Source of the DNA: Prorocentrum cordatum | Taxonomy: Eukaryota | DNA: 64,000 nt | Direction: 5' to 3' | Assembly: GCA_963575745.1 (NCBI GenBank) | Contig: CAUYUJ010000001.1 | Coordinates: forward strand, 3,410,001-3,474,000 | Part shown: positions 62,332 to 64,000 of the stretch, piece by piece | How positions within the stretch are numbered: the stretch's first letter is position 1 | Layout: every line of letters begins with the position of its first letter | Position numbers and translations under genes: made by a program | Notes under the pieces: model-generated | What the model saw: only the letters and a program-made list of their open reading frames with translations | Told to the model about the DNA's origin: nothing | Databases searched by the model: none

Positions 62332-63244
62332 CCCCAGTAGCAAAAACGACTGCTGAATATGCTGACGCTCCGGCCAGACCCGGGTGCTACGTAGGTGTTG
62401 GGAGGGCGGGTGGGAGTGAACGAGACGGCTTGCGATCGGGGAGGGAGTTTTGACCCCTCCCCCTACCCCTTCCCCTGGATTTGGACGGGGGAATCGCGAC
62501 GCGTTGGAACGTCCGAAATGGCCCAAAACGGCCCCAACAGCGTCTCGGAGAGCCCAAGATGACCTCCAATATAGCTCAAGATAACCCAATATGCTCCAAG
62601 ACGGCTTCCCGGATGCTCCAAGAGGCCCCAAGAACGCTCCAAGAGGGCCCCAGGTGGCCACAGAGCCCCCCCAGGAGGCCTCCCAAATGCCAGCATCCTT
62701 CCAATGCCCAAAGAATATCACGTTGTTTTTGCATTCTCGCCTTTTCGCTTCCGATGGCCATCCGAAGTCTCAAGTTGGCTCCAAGATGGTTCCTAGAAAA
62801 ACCCAAGAGGCCTCCATGACGGCCCCAACAGCGCCCACGAGCGCCCCAAGAAACGACTTTAGGCACTCTAGAAGGGTAGCCCTGATTGAAGCTCCACTCA
62901 TTTCTGATCGACGTCTTCCAATATGGTTCCAAGGGCGCCCCTAAAGCTCCCAAGAACGCCGCCAGAGGGCCCCAGGAGGCGCCGAGACGGCCCCAAGAGG
63001 CGCCCAATGGGCATCCAAAGGGCTCCCACGACCCCCCCAAAATGCTTCCAGAGGATCCCCGAGGCACCCAAGGCGCTCAAAGACAGCCTCGGGCTCGCCA
63101 AGATGCCCGTCCAGGCGCCCCAATAGGCCTCCGAAAAATTTCCACAGGACATCCTCGGCGAGACGCATTCAAAAAACTTATGAGTCTTCTGTTCGCCCGT
63201 TTCCATTTCCTCCTCCTCCTCCTCCTCCTCTTCCTCACCATCGA

Positions 63245-63301
<57 letters not shown>

Positions 63302-63570
63302 AACCATCATCCGCTTACTCCTCCTCCTCCTCCCTCCTGCCTCCTCTCCCTCGCCTGCCTCCTCTTCCTCCTCCTCCTCGTTATGTTCCATGCTCTCCTC
63401 CTCCTCTTCCTCCTCGTCCTCGTTGTCCTCCTCCGATTGATCCTCCATCCTCTCCCTCTCGTGGTATAGCGTCTCACCCATCCAAGCGTTTCACTGGATT
63501 TTACTTCGCATCCCTGACCAGGGCAGCTCGTCTGGGCATCTTTTTTTCTGGATGGGCTGGCGGGGTTAGT
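62332..63570 (+). mobile_element. Non-autonomous repeat family K copy
   Basis: Head shared with 10093, body shared with 5520-5950, terminal module at 63524-63570. Confidence 0.7.
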
Positions 63571-64000
63571 TTGGCTCGAAAACCGGGCAAAGCGAGGGCT
63601 GGCCGCGCCGAAGCAAAGGAACAAACATAACGGAGTAACGCCCCGCTCAGAAGCGGGGGCAGTGTCCAATAGGTCGTAAGGGCAGACCGACACGGTGACC
63701 ACGAACACAGTCTCCCGGTAGGGCGCGGGTGCGAAGCCGAACAGGACGACCCGCTGGTGGGGTTACTTTTAATCCGCGAGCGACGCGGCACAACCGCGCG
63801 CCGTCAAGAGCGAAGCAACAGCGCTACGATCTAAATTTGGCACCAAACGCGCAGGAGCGAACTACGCTGCGACCCAGCAGGCGAAAGGGACGCTGAGGAT
63901 CAGGCCCGCGTGGGACGCAAATGCCATCACAGAAGGCCAGGAGGTGCACCTGGTCCGCGTGCAGCGCCAAAATGGCGAGGTAGGTCGAGCCCTGGTTCCC

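Overview
This is GC-rich, repeat-saturated eukaryotic DNA, almost certainly a dinoflagellate nuclear genome, because it carries two relics of the dinoflagellate spliced leader (DCCGTAGCCATTTTGGCTCAAG). A Prorocentrum-like source is my impression only. Nearly all ORF-track entries are artefacts of microsatellites and low-complexity repeats. The main finding is two unrelated minus-strand LINE retrotransposons that each begin at a spliced-leader sequence. The first is a complete ~5.96-kb but disrupted element (23932-29895) with a Zn-finger/coiled-coil ORF1, an APE-RT-CCHC-RNase H ORF2, and a perfect 15-bp target-site duplication directly against the SL. The second is a 3'-truncated element (about 55935-57781) with ORF1 and half of the APE domain. 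This suggests LINEs whose 5' end is supplied by host trans-splicing. Also present: a TA-flanked MITE family (4 copies, one nested in a second MITE family whose empty copy lies nearby), a 2.4-kb inverted repeat, non-autonomous repeats ending in GCGAAGC mini-hairpins plus microsatellite tails, many satellites, interstitial telomere-like repeats, and three low-confidence short exons near the window start. No rRNA, tRNA or CRISPR array was recognised.
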